This document shows, piece by piece, positions 1-10,828 of a DNA stretch of 64,000 nucleotides. Origin of the DNA: Candidatus Bathyarchaeia archaeon. Lineage in GTDB: Archaea; Thermoproteota; Bathyarchaeia; Bathyarchaeales; Bathycorpusculaceae. Every line of letters starts with the position of its first letter. Position 1 is the first letter of the stretch. The notes beneath the pieces are model-generated. The model searched no databases, had not been told where the DNA came from, and worked only from the letters and a program-made list of their open reading frames with translations. Location of the stretch: the NCBI GenBank assembly GCA_038882955.1, contig JAVZNC010000004.1, positions 32,001 through 96,000 of the forward strand, written 5' to 3'. A program made the translations under genes and the position numbers.

Positions 1-750
1 GAGGGCGTAGCCACAATCACCCTTAACAGACCAGAAGCATTGAACGCGTTCAGCAAGGAAGTCGTAGAGGAAGTGCTAAACGCACTAGAGGATGCGAAGG
101 CAGATGAAAATGTCCGCGTTGTCATATTGACTGGCGCGGGGGAAAAGGCGTTCTCGGCTGGCGCGGACATAAAAGCCATGAAGGGAATGAACGCCTTAAA
201 AGCGCGAGAACTATCCCTGATGGGCGAGAAGCTTTGCCTCGCATTGGAAAACCTTGAAAAACCAGTTATTGCAGCGATGAATGGCTACGCTTTAGGCGGA
301 GGCTTAGAAGTGGCTATGGCGTGCGACATACGGATTGCCTCGGAGAACGCTAGAATGGGGCAAACAGAAATAAACATTGGGCTTATTCCAGGCTGGGGAG
401 GAACCCAAAGGCTTACACGCCTCGTCGGAGCAACAAAAGCCAAGGAGCTGATATTTACTGGAAAAATGATTGACGCCAAAACTGCGGAGCAGATTGGCTT
501 AGTAAACATGGTTGTTCCCCAGAACAATTTCCGAGAGGCTGTGCGCCAATTCGCTTTGGAACTAGCCCAAAAAGCGCCCGTAGCACTGAAGGTTGCGAAA
601 GCTTTGATAAATAAGGGTGCAGAAGCAAGCCTTGATGTGGCTTTAGCCTTGGAACGCGAAGGCTTCGGCGTTGTAGCTTCAACAGAAGATTTGCAAGAAG
701 GTGTATCAGCATTCACGGAGAAAAGGAAACCAGTGTTTAAAGGAAGGTAA
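1..750 (+). CDS. Enoyl-CoA hydratase/crotonase (5'-truncated by window edge)
   Basis: Frame is open from base 1 (EGVATITLNRPEALNA). Crotonase motifs AFSAGADI, GYALGGGLE, PGWGGTQRL. Confidence 0.92.
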   Translation, partial: EGVATITLNRPEALNAFSKEVVEEVLNALEDAKADENVRVVILTGAGEKAFSAGADIKAMKGMNALKARELSLMGEKLCLALENLEKPVIAAMNGYALGGGLEVAMACDIRIASENARMGQTEINIGLIPGWGGTQRLTRLVGATKAKELIFTGKMIDAKTAEQIGLVNMVVPQNNFREAVRQFALELAQKAPVALKVAKALINKGAEASLDVALALEREGFGVVASTEDLQEGVSAFTEKRKPVFKGR

Positions 751-888
751 GCGTAACTCCCCAATTTTATTTATTATGCCCATTTGCATTTATCGTCAAA
801 TCAAAGTTAGTTAGCAGCCCTTTTCAACCAAAAGTTATATGTAAAAGCAAAGAGCTAATGGAGACTCTGCTCCCCAGAGGAGAAGAAA

Positions 889-2769
889 TTGCCAAACCCA
901 CGCTTATTGTTAGAAGATAAACCTGATAAAAAAGTGCTTCTACTTGGCAACGAAGCCATAGCCAGAGGCGCCCTAGAAGCAGGCATAAGCGTAGTGACCA
1001 CTTATCCTGGCACGCCAGCATCCGAAATAGGTGATACGTTTTCTGAAGTAGCTGGGGATGCTGGAATTTACATGGAATACTCTACAAACGAGATTGTTGC
1101 GGTTGAGATTGCCGCTGGAGCTGCAAACTGTGGAGTTCGTGCATTAACAGCTATGAAGCATGTTGGGCTTAACGTTGCCGCAGACGCTGTTATGACATTG
1201 GCGTATGTAGGCGTGAAAGGCGGTTATGTTATAGTCACGGCTGATGACCCAGAATGCTATAGTTCACAAAATGAGCAAGACAACAGGTTTTACGCTTCGC
1301 TTTCAAACCTTCCATGCTTAGAACCGTCAAATCCACAAGAGGCAAAGGACATGACCGTTCTAGCAGTGGAAATGAGCGAAAAACTTGAGCTACCAGTTCT
1401 TCTGAGGACAACAACAAGGGTAAGTCACACAAGGGGACCAGTGGCTTATGGCAAGATTGTAAAGCCAAACTTGAAAGGCGAATTTGTTAGAGACGTAAAA
1501 CGCATGGTTATGGTTCCAGCCAACGCGAGGCTTATGCACGCAAGACTTTTAGAAAAGCTGGAGATGGCGAAGGAAGTAAGCGAAAAATCGCCCTATAACG
1601 TGGTAACCCGTAAAGGGAAAGGCGAGTATGGAATAATCTCTTCAAGTGCGGCATACAATTATGTGGAAGAGGCTAGAGAAATTTTGGGCCTAGATGCAAG
1701 CGTGCTAAAGTTGGGTATGACTTATCCGCTTCCAGAGAAAATGATTGGAGAATTTCTCAAGGCGCATGAGAAAATTATAGTTGTTGAGGAGCTTGAACCT
1801 TATCTGGAATTGCATGTGAAAGCCATAGCCAAGGACTATGCTCCAAACGTGAAAATTTACGGAAAAACAAACACAGCATACTTTACAAGGAAGGGAGAGC
1901 TTTCCACACGAGCAGTTTTGGCTGGCATGGCGAAAATAACTGGCAAGAAAATGCCAGTAAACTTTGATAAGCTGGATGCGGCTTACGCGGAAATCAGCAA
2001 GGATTTACCATCAAGACCGCCAATACTGTGCGCTGGTTGTCCGCACATGGCGTCCTTCTACGTTATTGGAAAGGCAACCGGCAAAAAGGCAGTTTACCCA
2101 ACGGACATCGGGTGTTACGCTCTTGGAGCCGCACCGCCACTAAGCATAGGCGACGTGCTAATCTGCATGGGAGCAAGCATAGGCGTAGCCCAAGGCATAA
2201 GTAAGGTTTTGGACAAAGACGTTGTGGCAGTTGTAGGCGACTCAACATTCTTCCACGCGGCAATACCTGGACTGGTAAACGCTGTTTATAACAAGCACAG
2301 AGTTGTACTAGTAGTCTTGGACAATTTAACAACGGCTATGACGGGGCATCAGCCGCATCCGGGAACTGGCAAGACTGGAATGCAGACGCAAGGCGAAAGA
2401 ATCCTGGTCGAGCGGGTTGCGGAAGGATGCGGAGTAAAATACGTTAAGGTTGTTAATCCATTTGATGTTAAGGAGGCTGAAGCCACGCTTAAGGAAGCGC
2501 TTAAACGGGAAGGCGAGCCCTCGGTTATCGTTTTTAGGGCACCATGCGCTCTAATGGTCGTGAGGGAGAGGAGACGCAAAGGCGTGGAAGTAGTGGCTTA
2601 CACGATAACCGATAAATGTACCAACTGCATGGCGTGCATAAAACTTCTAGGCTGTCCAGCGTTAACATTAGAAGACGAAAAAGTAAACATAAATAAGGCG
2701 TTATGCGTTGCTTGTGGACTTTGCGCTGCTGTATGCCCATACGGAGCGATAGAAAAAGGCAAAAGTTGA
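889..2769 (+). CDS. iorA: Indolepyruvate:ferredoxin oxidoreductase alpha subunit
   Basis: LLGNEAIARG, YPGTPASEI, MKHVGLNVAAD, SSQNEQDNR, RPPILCAGCPH, TPP motif GDSTFFH, C-terminal 2x[4Fe-4S]. TTG start after GAGGAG. Confidence 0.95.
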   Translation: MPNPRLLLEDKPDKKVLLLGNEAIARGALEAGISVVTTYPGTPASEIGDTFSEVAGDAGIYMEYSTNEIVAVEIAAGAANCGVRALTAMKHVGLNVAADAVMTLAYVGVKGGYVIVTADDPECYSSQNEQDNRFYASLSNLPCLEPSNPQEAKDMTVLAVEMSEKLELPVLLRTTTRVSHTRGPVAYGKIVKPNLKGEFVRDVKRMVMVPANARLMHARLLEKLEMAKEVSEKSPYNVVTRKGKGEYGIISSSAAYNYVEEAREILGLDASVLKLGMTYPLPEKMIGEFLKAHEKIIVVEELEPYLELHVKAIAKDYAPNVKIYGKTNTAYFTRKGELSTRAVLAGMAKITGKKMPVNFDKLDAAYAEISKDLPSRPPILCAGCPHMASFYVIGKATGKKAVYPTDIGCYALGAAPPLSIGDVLICMGASIGVAQGISKVLDKDVVAVVGDSTFFHAAIPGLVNAVYNKHRVVLVVLDNLTTAMTGHQPHPGTGKTGMQTQGERILVERVAEGCGVKYVKVVNPFDVKEAEATLKEALKREGEPSVIVFRAPCALMVVRERRRKGVEVVAYTITDKCTNCMACIKLLGCPALTLEDEKVNINKALCVACGLCAAVCPYGAIEKGKS

Positions 2770-2787
2770 AACGCGGAGAGGCAAACC

Positions 2788-3396
2788 ATGGTTAACGAGT
2801 TTAACATTGTTTTGGCTGGGGTTGGCGGGCAAGGGATTCTTCTGGCAGCTGAAATTCTGGGCACAGCAGCTGTTAAGGATGGTTTGAATGTGCGTGTAAG
2901 CGAGATCCACGGGATGGCTCAACGTGGAGGGGCTGTTGTTTCAAATGTACGGATGGGCGCGAAAGTTTTGGCGCCAACTGTTTTGGATGGAAATGCAAAT
3001 GTTCTTCTCGGTTTTGAACCAATGGAGACGCTTAGGAACATGAAGTTCGCCTCAGAAAAGACAATTGTAATAATGAACAGCGAGAAGATAATGCCGACGG
3101 AGCTGACGGCGAAAAAGGCGAGATATCCAAGCCTAGAAGAGATAATTCAAAGAATAAACACTTTTACAAAAAATGTATTTGTCATTGAAGCTTCTAGGCT
3201 TGCCAAAGAGGCTGGAAACATAATGGCGCAAAACACGGTTTTGCTGGGAGCTTTGGCTGCTGTTGGAAAAATCCCAGTAAAAACCGAAACCTTAATCGAG
3301 GCTTTGCGGGAGCTTGTTCCGCAGAGGCAGTTGAAAGTGAACATTGAAGCGTTTAACCTTGGATATGAAAAGGCAATGGAAATCGCTAAACCCTAA
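2788..3396 (+). CDS. iorB: Indolepyruvate:ferredoxin oxidoreductase beta subunit
   Basis: GVGGQGILL and EIHGMAQRGGAV motifs; follows iorA. Confidence 0.95.
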   Translation: MVNEFNIVLAGVGGQGILLAAEILGTAAVKDGLNVRVSEIHGMAQRGGAVVSNVRMGAKVLAPTVLDGNANVLLGFEPMETLRNMKFASEKTIVIMNSEKIMPTELTAKKARYPSLEEIIQRINTFTKNVFVIEASRLAKEAGNIMAQNTVLLGALAAVGKIPVKTETLIEALRELVPQRQLKVNIEAFNLGYEKAMEIAKP

Positions 3397-3403
3397 AAAT
3401 CGG

Positions 3404-3745
3404 CTATGGATTTTCACTTTTTCTGTTCAAAATAGCCTTCAAAATGTTCTGGAATATTCGCATGTCCGAAGCGTTCACTATTGGAATTTGCAGGCTCTTG
3501 TCAACTTCATATAGCTTCTCATATTTTGGGAATTCCGCATAACAGATTTGGCTTATTGGAAACTCTTTGCTTTTCAGTTCATACTCAAATGACTTCTCAT
3601 AAACCTCTAGGCAAAGCAAGTAACCGCTAACCCAGTAAAGCCTATTCACGCCGTAGGTTGTGGCGCACCATGCTATGTCGCCTACTGAACGCTTGTCCAA
3701 GCCTAAAATTGTGACTTTTCTTGTTGGAGTAATTTCCACGTCCAT
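3404..3745 (-). CDS. Conserved archaeal hypothetical protein
   Basis: 113-aa ORF 6 bp downstream of XPF. The LYWxxG and IPIVN pattern resembles a small TACK protein family (from memory). Confidence 0.7.
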   Translation of the reverse strand: MDVEITPTRKVTILGLDKRSVGDIAWCATTYGVNRLYWVSGYLLCLEVYEKSFEYELKSKEFPISQICYAEFPKYEKLYEVDKSLQIPIVNASDMRIFQNILKAILNRKSENP

Positions 3746-3751
3746 TTTCTT

Positions 3752-4459
3752 TCATCCTTTAAATGGCGTTTTCAATACTTCCTTAACTTTTGCTGTTATT
3801 TTCGGTCCAAGACCATAAACAGTTCTAGACCAGTCATCCATGCTTATTAAGGCGTTTAACGGCGTCTGATAGGATTTAAGTATTGCTATGGCTTTCTCCC
3901 TTCCAATGTTGGGCAAACTCGCAATAAAATAGACTTGAGCATCCGAAACCGTCTCGCATTTTTTAGCTGGATGAACTGTTGGAACTCTCTTTTCAACAAT
4001 CTGTTCTTGACGGGCTGCAACGTAAAGGAAGTCTATAGTCTCCTTGTAAGAGGTTGTGTTCACTATAGCCACACCGTTCTTTGCAAGATTAAAGAGCGCT
4101 CCCCAAACAGACACGGGTTGGATTCTGCTAAACTTGTAAATTATTGGCAAATAACCCTCCAGGAGAATAAGCGACTTGGGATAAACCTCCTTCAAAGTGA
4201 AAAGCTGTTCAAAAAGATAGCGGTGCGTAAGCGTATAAACAAAGTCCTGAACGGTTTTTCGCTCAACAGCGCACTCGTCAGACAAAACGTAGTCGCCCTT
4301 ATCCAACGTTTCAATCCTAACTTTAACGCCGTGCTCTCGAAGACCCTTGACGATTTTCGCCGCAGAATTAGCCTCACGACTATCAACAATAATCGTTGGT
4401 TCATGTTCATCGCATTTTTTCTCTTTCAAATATGGAACCAAACTTTCAGTTCCGGACAT
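3752..4459 (-). CDS. xpf: ERCC4/XPF structure-specific endonuclease (short form, nuclease plus HhH)
   Basis: IIVDSRE, GDY, ERKxxxD catalytic motif; HhH LPNIGREKA; no helicase domain. Confidence 0.9.
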   Translation of the reverse strand: MSGTESLVPYLKEKKCDEHEPTIIVDSREANSAAKIVKGLREHGVKVRIETLDKGDYVLSDECAVERKTVQDFVYTLTHRYLFEQLFTLKEVYPKSLILLEGYLPIIYKFSRIQPVSVWGALFNLAKNGVAIVNTTSYKETIDFLYVAARQEQIVEKRVPTVHPAKKCETVSDAQVYFIASLPNIGREKAIAILKSYQTPLNALISMDDWSRTVYGLGPKITAKVKEVLKTPFKG

Positions 4460-4575
4460 AAACTCAACTCAGATGCGCATATAACCGAACAGAAACTAAT
4501 AGTTTCCCACTGATAAAACTTAACCCTAATAGCCTTAACTAAAACCACTAAAATATAAAAATGAGAGAAGGTGAG

Positions 4576-5880
4576 TTATGGTCCTTTCTTTGTTATTTCT
4601 TTGACCACTCCAGCGGCTATTGTTGTGCCCATGTCCCTAACTGCGAATCGCCCAAGCTCTGGAAAATCTTGATAGGTTTCAACTGCGATTGGGTGAAGAG
4701 GCTCCATCCGCACAAGTGCGGCGTCTCCAGTCTTCAGGAAAGATGGCTTTTCCTCAACAACTTGTCCTGAGCGTGGGTCAATCTTTCTAATGAGCTCTGT
4801 AAACCTGCATGCAATCTGTCCAGTGTGATAGTGTAGCACTGGCGTGTAGCCAGCTGCGATGGCAGTTGGATGGTAAATCACGATTATTTGTCCAATAAAC
4901 TCTTTAGCCACTGTTGGTGGATTATTAACGTGTCCGCACACGTCTCCGCGGCGAATATCTGTTTTTGCTATGCCCCTAACGTTGAAGCCTATGTTGTCGC
5001 CTGGTTCTGCCCTTGGTATTCGCTGATGGTGCATTTCTATTGATTTAACTTCACCTTGCTTGTTGGCTGGCATGAAAATGACCACATCGCCTTCTTTTAG
5101 AACACCCGTTTCAACCCTACCAACAGGGACTGTGCCGACACCTGTAATGCTGTAGACGTCTTGAACTGGAATGCGCAGTGGCTTGTCTAATGGTTTTGGT
5201 GGAATTTCAAAAGTGTCCAAGGCGTCAATCAGCGTTGGACCTTTGTACCATGGCATTTTTTCGCTTGGTTTAACGAGGTTGTCGCCAGTCCACCCTGAAG
5301 TTGGCACAAACGGGATTTTCTCAACCTTGTAGCCAACCATCCTAAGCATTCGGCTAACTTCATTTTTAATCTCGTTGTAGCGCTCCTCGCTCCAGTTAAC
5401 AGAGGCGTCGTCCATCTTGTTGACCGCAACAACCAATTGGCGAACACCCAAAGTGAACGCCAAGAAAGCGTGTTCTCTCGTTTGTCCACCAGGACCAATG
5501 CCAGCCTCAAACTCGCCTCTTTTCGCTGATACAAAGAGTATGGCGCCGTCTGCTTGACTTGCGCCTGTAATCATGTTTTTAACGAAGTCTCTGTGTCCAG
5601 GCGCGTCAATAACTGTGAAATAGTACCTTTTGGTTTCGAACTTTAGGAATCGAAGGTCAATTGTTAAGCCTCTTTCCCTTTCTTCCTTGAGGTTGTCGAG
5701 TACCCATGCAAACTTGAATGTTTCCTTTCCAAGCTTTCTAGCTTCTTCTTCATACTGCTTCACAGTTCTCTCGTCAACAACGCCCGCCAAGTAAAGCAAG
5801 TGCCCTGTTGTCGTTGATTTTCCATGGTCTACGTGTCCCATAATCACTAGGTTCAAGTGTGGCTTTTCCGGTCTGCTCAT
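4576..5880 (-). CDS. tuf: Translation elongation factor EF-1alpha
   Basis: [39 protein letters not shown]. Confidence 0.99.
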   Translation of the reverse strand: MSRPEKPHLNLVIMGHVDHGKSTTTGHLLYLAGVVDERTVKQYEEEARKLGKETFKFAWVLDNLKEERERGLTIDLRFLKFETKRYYFTVIDAPGHRDFVKNMITGASQADGAILFVSAKRGEFEAGIGPGGQTREHAFLAFTLGVRQLVVAVNKMDDASVNWSEERYNEIKNEVSRMLRMVGYKVEKIPFVPTSGWTGDNLVKPSEKMPWYKGPTLIDALDTFEIPPKPLDKPLRIPVQDVYSITGVGTVPVGRVETGVLKEGDVVIFMPANKQGEVKSIEMHHQRIPRAEPGDNIGFNVRGIAKTDIRRGDVCGHVNNPPTVAKEFIGQIIVIYHPTAIAAGYTPVLHYHTGQIACRFTELIRKIDPRSGQVVEEKPSFLKTGDAALVRMEPLHPIAVETYQDFPELGRFAVRDMGTTIAAGVVKEITKKGP

Positions 5881-6032
5881 TTTCCTTTTCCTCCATCATT
5901 TACCTTCTAAACCTAAACTTTTTAGTGGATTCGTTTTACACAACTGTTTAATCAATTATTTAAATATAACCATTTAGCGGAAATCAGAAAAACTAATATT
6001 CTAATCGAAGAAACCTAGAAATGGTGTACTAG

Positions 6033-6347
<315 letters not shown>

Positions 6348-6431
6348 GCGGCGAATTTAGTATAGCCTCTCCCTTTCTTCCGTACAAGTTACAAAAAATG
6401 GGAATAGGCAAGTTGGATTAGGCTAAAAATT

Positions 6432-7052
6432 TTAGTGCATTGCTTCTTTGAGTCTTTTGTTAACTGCGTCCCAGTTTATAATGTTCCAGAAAGCGTCAAC
6501 AAACTTTGCTCTTTCATTCTTATAATCTATGTAGTAGGTGTGCTCAAAGACGTCTAAAATCATCAGAATCTTAAACGTGGGATAAACATTCATGTTATGC
6601 TTCTCTATCTGCATAATTATTGGCCTACTTGTCTGCTTGCAGAAAGCCAAAGCAGCCCATCCAGAACCTTCAACGCTAACAGCCGCTTGCGTAAATTCCT
6701 TCCTAAACCTTTCAAAACTCTTGAACTCCTTTTCAATTGCGTCGCCTATAATATCTCCTGGTTTTCCGCCGCCCTTGCCAGTTGGAGCCAAGTTCTCCCA
6801 AAACAGCGAGTGCAACAAGTGCCCGCCAATGTTGAAGGATAACTCCTTCAATGTGGATTTCATGTCTAAATCCGTGTTTTCCTTTCTTGCGTTGTCAAGT
6901 TTTTGGAGTATGGCGTTGGCGCCGTTAACATATGCTTGATGATGCTTGCTGTGGTGTATACGCAACTGTTCCTCTGACATGTGCGGCGCCAAGTCTCCGT
7001 ATCCATAGGACAGTTTTGGCAAAACGTAAAACTTGTTCTGTTCCATATGCAT
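6432..7052 (-). CDS. sod: Fe/Mn superoxide dismutase
   Basis: [33 protein letters not shown]. Start may be 7046. Confidence 0.96.
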   Translation of the reverse strand: MHMEQNKFYVLPKLSYGYGDLAPHMSEEQLRIHHSKHHQAYVNGANAILQKLDNARKENTDLDMKSTLKELSFNIGGHLLHSLFWENLAPTGKGGGKPGDIIGDAIEKEFKSFERFRKEFTQAAVSVEGSGWAALAFCKQTSRPIIMQIEKHNMNVYPTFKILMILDVFEHTYYIDYKNERAKFVDAFWNIINWDAVNKRLKEAMH

Positions 7053-7120
7053 TCACACAATAATATCTCATTTTACTTGTTATATGCCTTTGCCCAACTC
7101 CGCAGCAACTGCTTCAGCTG

Positions 7121-7399
7121 TCAGGTTAGCTCTTCTACTTCTTTTTTGCCCTTTTCCAACTCTTTCACTTGCTCCTTGTCAAGCTTCAAGAGTAGCGCTT
7201 GAAATTCTCCGAAATGGGTTTTCTCTTCCTTGGCAATTTCCAAAAACACTTTCTTCAAGTCTTCATTTTCGGTTGAGGCAGCTAACTGTTCGTAAAGGTT
7301 TATTGCATCCAACTCAGCGATTATGCCAACGCGCAATATCTCCAAATCAACTTCACGTTTGCTTAATTTCGAAATTGACGAAGGAATTGTTGACAACAT
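7121..7399 (-). CDS. Short ferritin-like protein (encapsulated-ferritin/Flp type, two-helix)
   Basis: AELDAINLYEQ...EEKTHFGEF half-ferroxidase motif; SD GGAGGTG. Confidence 0.82.
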   Translation of the reverse strand: MLSTIPSSISKLSKREVDLEILRVGIIAELDAINLYEQLAASTENEDLKKVFLEIAKEEKTHFGEFQALLLKLDKEQVKELEKGKKEVEELT

Positions 7400-7495
7400 G
7401 TCGGTCTAACACCTCCACTTTCTATTAATTCAATGATGCACATATCTTAAATAGGTGTACTCATAAAACTTTGCCATCAAACCGTGGTGAAACCT

Positions 7496-7657
7496 TTGGA
7501 AAAATGGGAATGCACAATATGCGGTTACATTTACGATCCAGAAGTTGGCGACGCAGAGCATGGAATACCGCCTGGAACACCCTTCGAAAAGCTTCCAGAA
7601 GATTGGGTTTGCCCAATTTGCGGTGCACCAAAAGACCAATTTGTAAAGAAAGGATAG
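7496..7657 (+). CDS. Rubredoxin (53 aa; absent from ORF track)
   Basis: TTG start after GGTGA; [19 protein letters not shown]...[21 protein letters not shown]. Confidence 0.95.
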   Translation: MEKWECTICGYIYDPEVGDAEHGIPPGTPFEKLPEDWVCPICGAPKDQFVKKG

Positions 7658-7727
7658 TAGAAACTTTTTATCTAGCTACATCCTACATTCAATATGCGCG
7701 TCGAAGGCGTTTTATGAAGGATTAACC

Positions 7728-9821
7728 ATGCCAATTACAAAAATAAGGAAACGGGATGGAACGCTCGCGGATTTTGACCCTGACAGGATTAAGGATGCTG
7801 TTCATAAGGCTTTCATTGCTGTTGAGTTGGGGAACGGAGAAAAGGCAGAAACCATAACGAAGGAAGTTGTCAAAATTTTAGAGGAGAGGTTCAGGGAGAA
7901 AGTTCCATCAGTTGAGGATGCGCAGGACACTGTTATAGAAGTTTTGAGGAAGGGCGGCTACGAAAGAGTTGCGGAAGAATACAAAGCCTATAGGGAAAAG
8001 AAGGACGAAATTAGAAGTTTGAGGCAAACGCTTGGAATTCCAGAGCCAAAACTAACCGTTAACGCCTTGGAAGTTCTGAATAGGCGGTACCTCCTAAAAG
8101 ACGAGACTGAAAGAATCGTTGAAACTCCACACCAAATGTTTATGAGAGTCGCAAAAGCCATAGCAAGAGTCGACAAGGGATACGGCGAAAACCCAGATGA
8201 AAGCGAAAAAACCTTTTACGAGATGATGGCGCGACTTGAGTTCATACCTAACTCTCCAACTCTCTTTAACGCTGGAACAGAGCTAGGTCAACTTTCCGCA
8301 TGCTTCGTCCTACCAGTTGAAGATTCCTTGGAGAGTATTTTCACAGCTGTTAAAAACATGGCTTTAATCGAGAAAAGCGGTGGAGGCGTAGGATTTGACT
8401 TCTCCAAACTAAGACCAAACGGGGACATAGTAAGGTCAACGAAAGGTGTAGCATCAGGGCCGGTGAGCTTCATGAGGGTTTTTGACACGGCTACGGAAGT
8501 GATTAAAGCTGGTGGAAAACGCAGAGGCGCCATGATGGGAATATTGCGTGTTGACCATCCAGACATTATCGAGTTCATCACGTCAAAGCAGAAGCCAGGC
8601 TTCCTCTCAAACTTCAACATTTCAGTCGCGGTCATGGACGAATTCATGAGCGTCGTAGAGAACGATGAGGAGTATTGGCTTGTTAACCCAAGAAATGGGG
8701 AAAAAGTAAAGAGGCTTAAAGCCAAAAGCGTTTGGAATTTGATGACAGAATCAGCATGGGCAAGCGGAGACCCAGGCGTAATATTCATAGATGAGATTGA
8801 TAGGCACAATCCGACACCAGAAGTGGGCAAAATAGAAGCCACGAATCCGTGTGGTGAGCAGCCGCTTTTGCCTTATGAGTCTTGTAATTTGGGTTCTATT
8901 AACCTTTCGCGGATGGTTGTGGATGGCAAAGTGGATTGGGACAAGCTTAGGGAAACCGTGCGGAACGCTGTTCACTTTCTTGACAATGTTATTGACGCGA
9001 ATAGGTATCCTTTGAAGGAGATAGAGGCCATAACAAGGGCTAATAGGAAGATAGGTTTAGGCGTTATGGGTTTTGCTGACATGCTGATTAAGCTTGGGAT
9101 TCGCTATGATTCTGAAGAAGCCTTACAGCTTGCTGAAAGACTCATGGGGTTCATTGATGAAGAGGCACATAAAAAGTCCATGGAAATTGCCGAGGAACGC
9201 GGTTCTTTTCCAAACTTTGAGAAAAGCATTTGGAAAGACAAGTATAAAGCCATGCGCAACGCTACGGTGACAACAATAGCGCCGACTGGAAGCATAAGCA
9301 TAATTGCTGGTTGCTCCTCTGGAATTGAGCCAATATTTGCAATTTCGTTCATTAGGAACGTGCTTGGCGGAACAAGACTTTTCGAGACTAACCCGCTATT
9401 CGAGTTGGTAGCAAAAGAAAAGGGCTTTTACAGCGCTAAGCTTCTGGAAGAAATTGCGAAAACGGGTTCTGTGCAGAAAATTGATGGGGTTCCAGAAGAT
9501 GTTAAGAGAATATTTGTTACGGCGCTGGATATTGCTCCAGAGTGGCACGTGAAGATGCAAGCAGCCTTTCAGAAGTACACAGATAACGCTGTTTCAAAAA
9601 CGGTCAACATGCCCACAAACGCGACGGTCGAGGATGTTAAGAGGGTTTACGAACTTGCTTGGAAACTGAAGTGTAAGGGCATAACCGTATTCCGTTATGG
9701 AAGCAAGCCTGAACAAGTGCTTTATATAGGCGAGGTCGAAGCGAAAGAGGCAAAATTCGTGACTGCAGAGTCAGAATATGCTGGTGGCTGCCCAACAAAA
9801 ACTTGTCCGTTTCCAGGCTAG
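7728..9821 (+). CDS. nrdJ: Class II (B12-dependent) ribonucleotide reductase with ATP cone
   Basis: N-terminal ATP cone (KIRKRDG...FDPDRI), [33 protein letters not shown]; no intein seen. Confidence 0.95.
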   Translation: MPITKIRKRDGTLADFDPDRIKDAVHKAFIAVELGNGEKAETITKEVVKILEERFREKVPSVEDAQDTVIEVLRKGGYERVAEEYKAYREKKDEIRSLRQTLGIPEPKLTVNALEVLNRRYLLKDETERIVETPHQMFMRVAKAIARVDKGYGENPDESEKTFYEMMARLEFIPNSPTLFNAGTELGQLSACFVLPVEDSLESIFTAVKNMALIEKSGGGVGFDFSKLRPNGDIVRSTKGVASGPVSFMRVFDTATEVIKAGGKRRGAMMGILRVDHPDIIEFITSKQKPGFLSNFNISVAVMDEFMSVVENDEEYWLVNPRNGEKVKRLKAKSVWNLMTESAWASGDPGVIFIDEIDRHNPTPEVGKIEATNPCGEQPLLPYESCNLGSINLSRMVVDGKVDWDKLRETVRNAVHFLDNVIDANRYPLKEIEAITRANRKIGLGVMGFADMLIKLGIRYDSEEALQLAERLMGFIDEEAHKKSMEIAEERGSFPNFEKSIWKDKYKAMRNATVTTIAPTGSISIIAGCSSGIEPIFAISFIRNVLGGTRLFETNPLFELVAKEKGFYSAKLLEEIAKTGSVQKIDGVPEDVKRIFVTALDIAPEWHVKMQAAFQKYTDNAVSKTVNMPTNATVEDVKRVYELAWKLKCKGITVFRYGSKPEQVLYIGEVEAKEAKFVTAESEYAGGCPTKTCPFPG

Positions 9822-9837
9822 AGTGAGGCACTTCACT

Positions 9838-10152
9838 TCATTTTTGTATCTGTATTTCCCTGTTTTCCATGATGGCTTTAACAATTTTTTCTCTTGCGCT
9901 TTCAACAAGCCGCCAGACAGTGTTTCGTGAAACACCCATTTTTGCTCCTGCTTCTTCAAAAGAAAGTTTCTCCAAGTCTATCAATTTTAAGGCTTCAACT
10001 TCAGCCAAGTCCAATGTTATAGGGGCTGCGTTTCCAAGCGGCGTTGGAACAAGTTTTTGAGTTGTAAATGTTGATGTGATAACAATTGGTTTTGGTGGTC
10101 TTCCAACGCGTCCACATCTGCGTCTTCTTCTGTGGCAACAGTGGCGTTTCAT
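9838..10152 (-). CDS. DUF134/UPF0251 HTH DNA-binding protein
   Basis: GRPPKP, EVEALKLIDLE.LSFEEAG.KMGVSRNTVWRLV.SAR.K. Confidence 0.88.
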   Translation of the reverse strand: MKRHCCHRRRRRCGRVGRPPKPIVITSTFTTQKLVPTPLGNAAPITLDLAEVEALKLIDLEKLSFEEAGAKMGVSRNTVWRLVESAREKIVKAIMENREIQIQK

Positions 10153-10159
10153 GATTATC

Positions 10160-10217
10160 GTGATATATCACAAAACTTAAATAGTTTGCTTCGTATTATG
10201 TGATATATCACATAATA
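10160..10217. promoter_or_regulatory. Two palindromic operator candidates between the divergent DUF134 and DUF5320 genes
   Basis: GTGATATATCAC at 10160-10171, and a perfect 24-bp palindrome TATTATGTGATATATCACATAATA at 10194-10217. Confidence 0.75.
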
Positions 10218-10231
10218 GAGGTTATACAATC

Positions 10232-10456
10232 ATGGGTTGGCGTTACGCGCCAAGAGGATGGTGGTGCCCAAGACATCCATGGCCTCCAGCGTGGGCTAGA
10301 GCCTATGGTTATCCAGCAACGTATTATCCGTACACGGCTGAGCCGCAAGAGGAAATCAAGGCGTTAGAGAATCTAAAGAGAGACTTGGAGTTTGAATTGT
10401 CAGAAATTAGCAAGAGGATTAAGGAACTAAAAAGGCTAATTCAAGAAAAGAAATGA
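10232..10456 (+). CDS. DUF5320-like small protein
   Basis: G/W/P/Y-rich N-terminus and C-terminal coiled coil; context with DUF134 and NifX. Confidence 0.7.
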   Translation: MGWRYAPRGWWCPRHPWPPAWARAYGYPATYYPYTAEPQEEIKALENLKRDLEFELSEISKRIKELKRLIQEKK

Positions 10457-10463
10457 TGAGAGC

Positions 10464-10817
10464 ATGACGGCAAAAGCCGAGCGTTTACGTGTGGCGGTTA
10501 CAACAGAAGGCGACAAAGGCATTGAAGATAAAATCTCACATGGACTAGGTCGCAGCAAAACATTTACAATTCTGGACATTGAAAGCGGCGAAATTAAAAA
10601 GGTAGAGGTAATACAAAATCCTGTAGAATCCGTCAATCACGGTAAAGGTCCGATTTTAGCAAGACACTCGGCAAACATTAATGTGAAAGTGGTGATTGCA
10701 AGTGAGGTTGGTCCTGGAGCTTTGGCAATGCTTAACGTGTACGGAATTAGAGTGTTAAGGGCGACTTACGGCGAGACTGTTTTGGAAGCTTTGAGGGGCA
10801 ACTCTCTGATAAGGTAA
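10464..10817 (+). CDS. NifB/NifX-family (FeMo-cofactor-binding fold) protein
   Basis: RVAVTT, ISHGLGRS..FTI.D, GPGA motifs. Confidence 0.85.
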   Translation: MTAKAERLRVAVTTEGDKGIEDKISHGLGRSKTFTILDIESGEIKKVEVIQNPVESVNHGKGPILARHSANINVKVVIASEVGPGALAMLNVYGIRVLRATYGETVLEALRGNSLIR

Positions 10818-10828
10818 GTTGCTTTACT

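Noticed and set aside
7430-7725. ORF-track ORFs 7430-7639 (-) and 7471-7725 (+)
   Set aside because: Shadow frames of the real rubredoxin gene at 7496-7657.
7728-9821. Intein in nrdJ (also considered for rtcB)
   Set aside because: Lengths are normal, motifs are contiguous, and no intein termini were seen.
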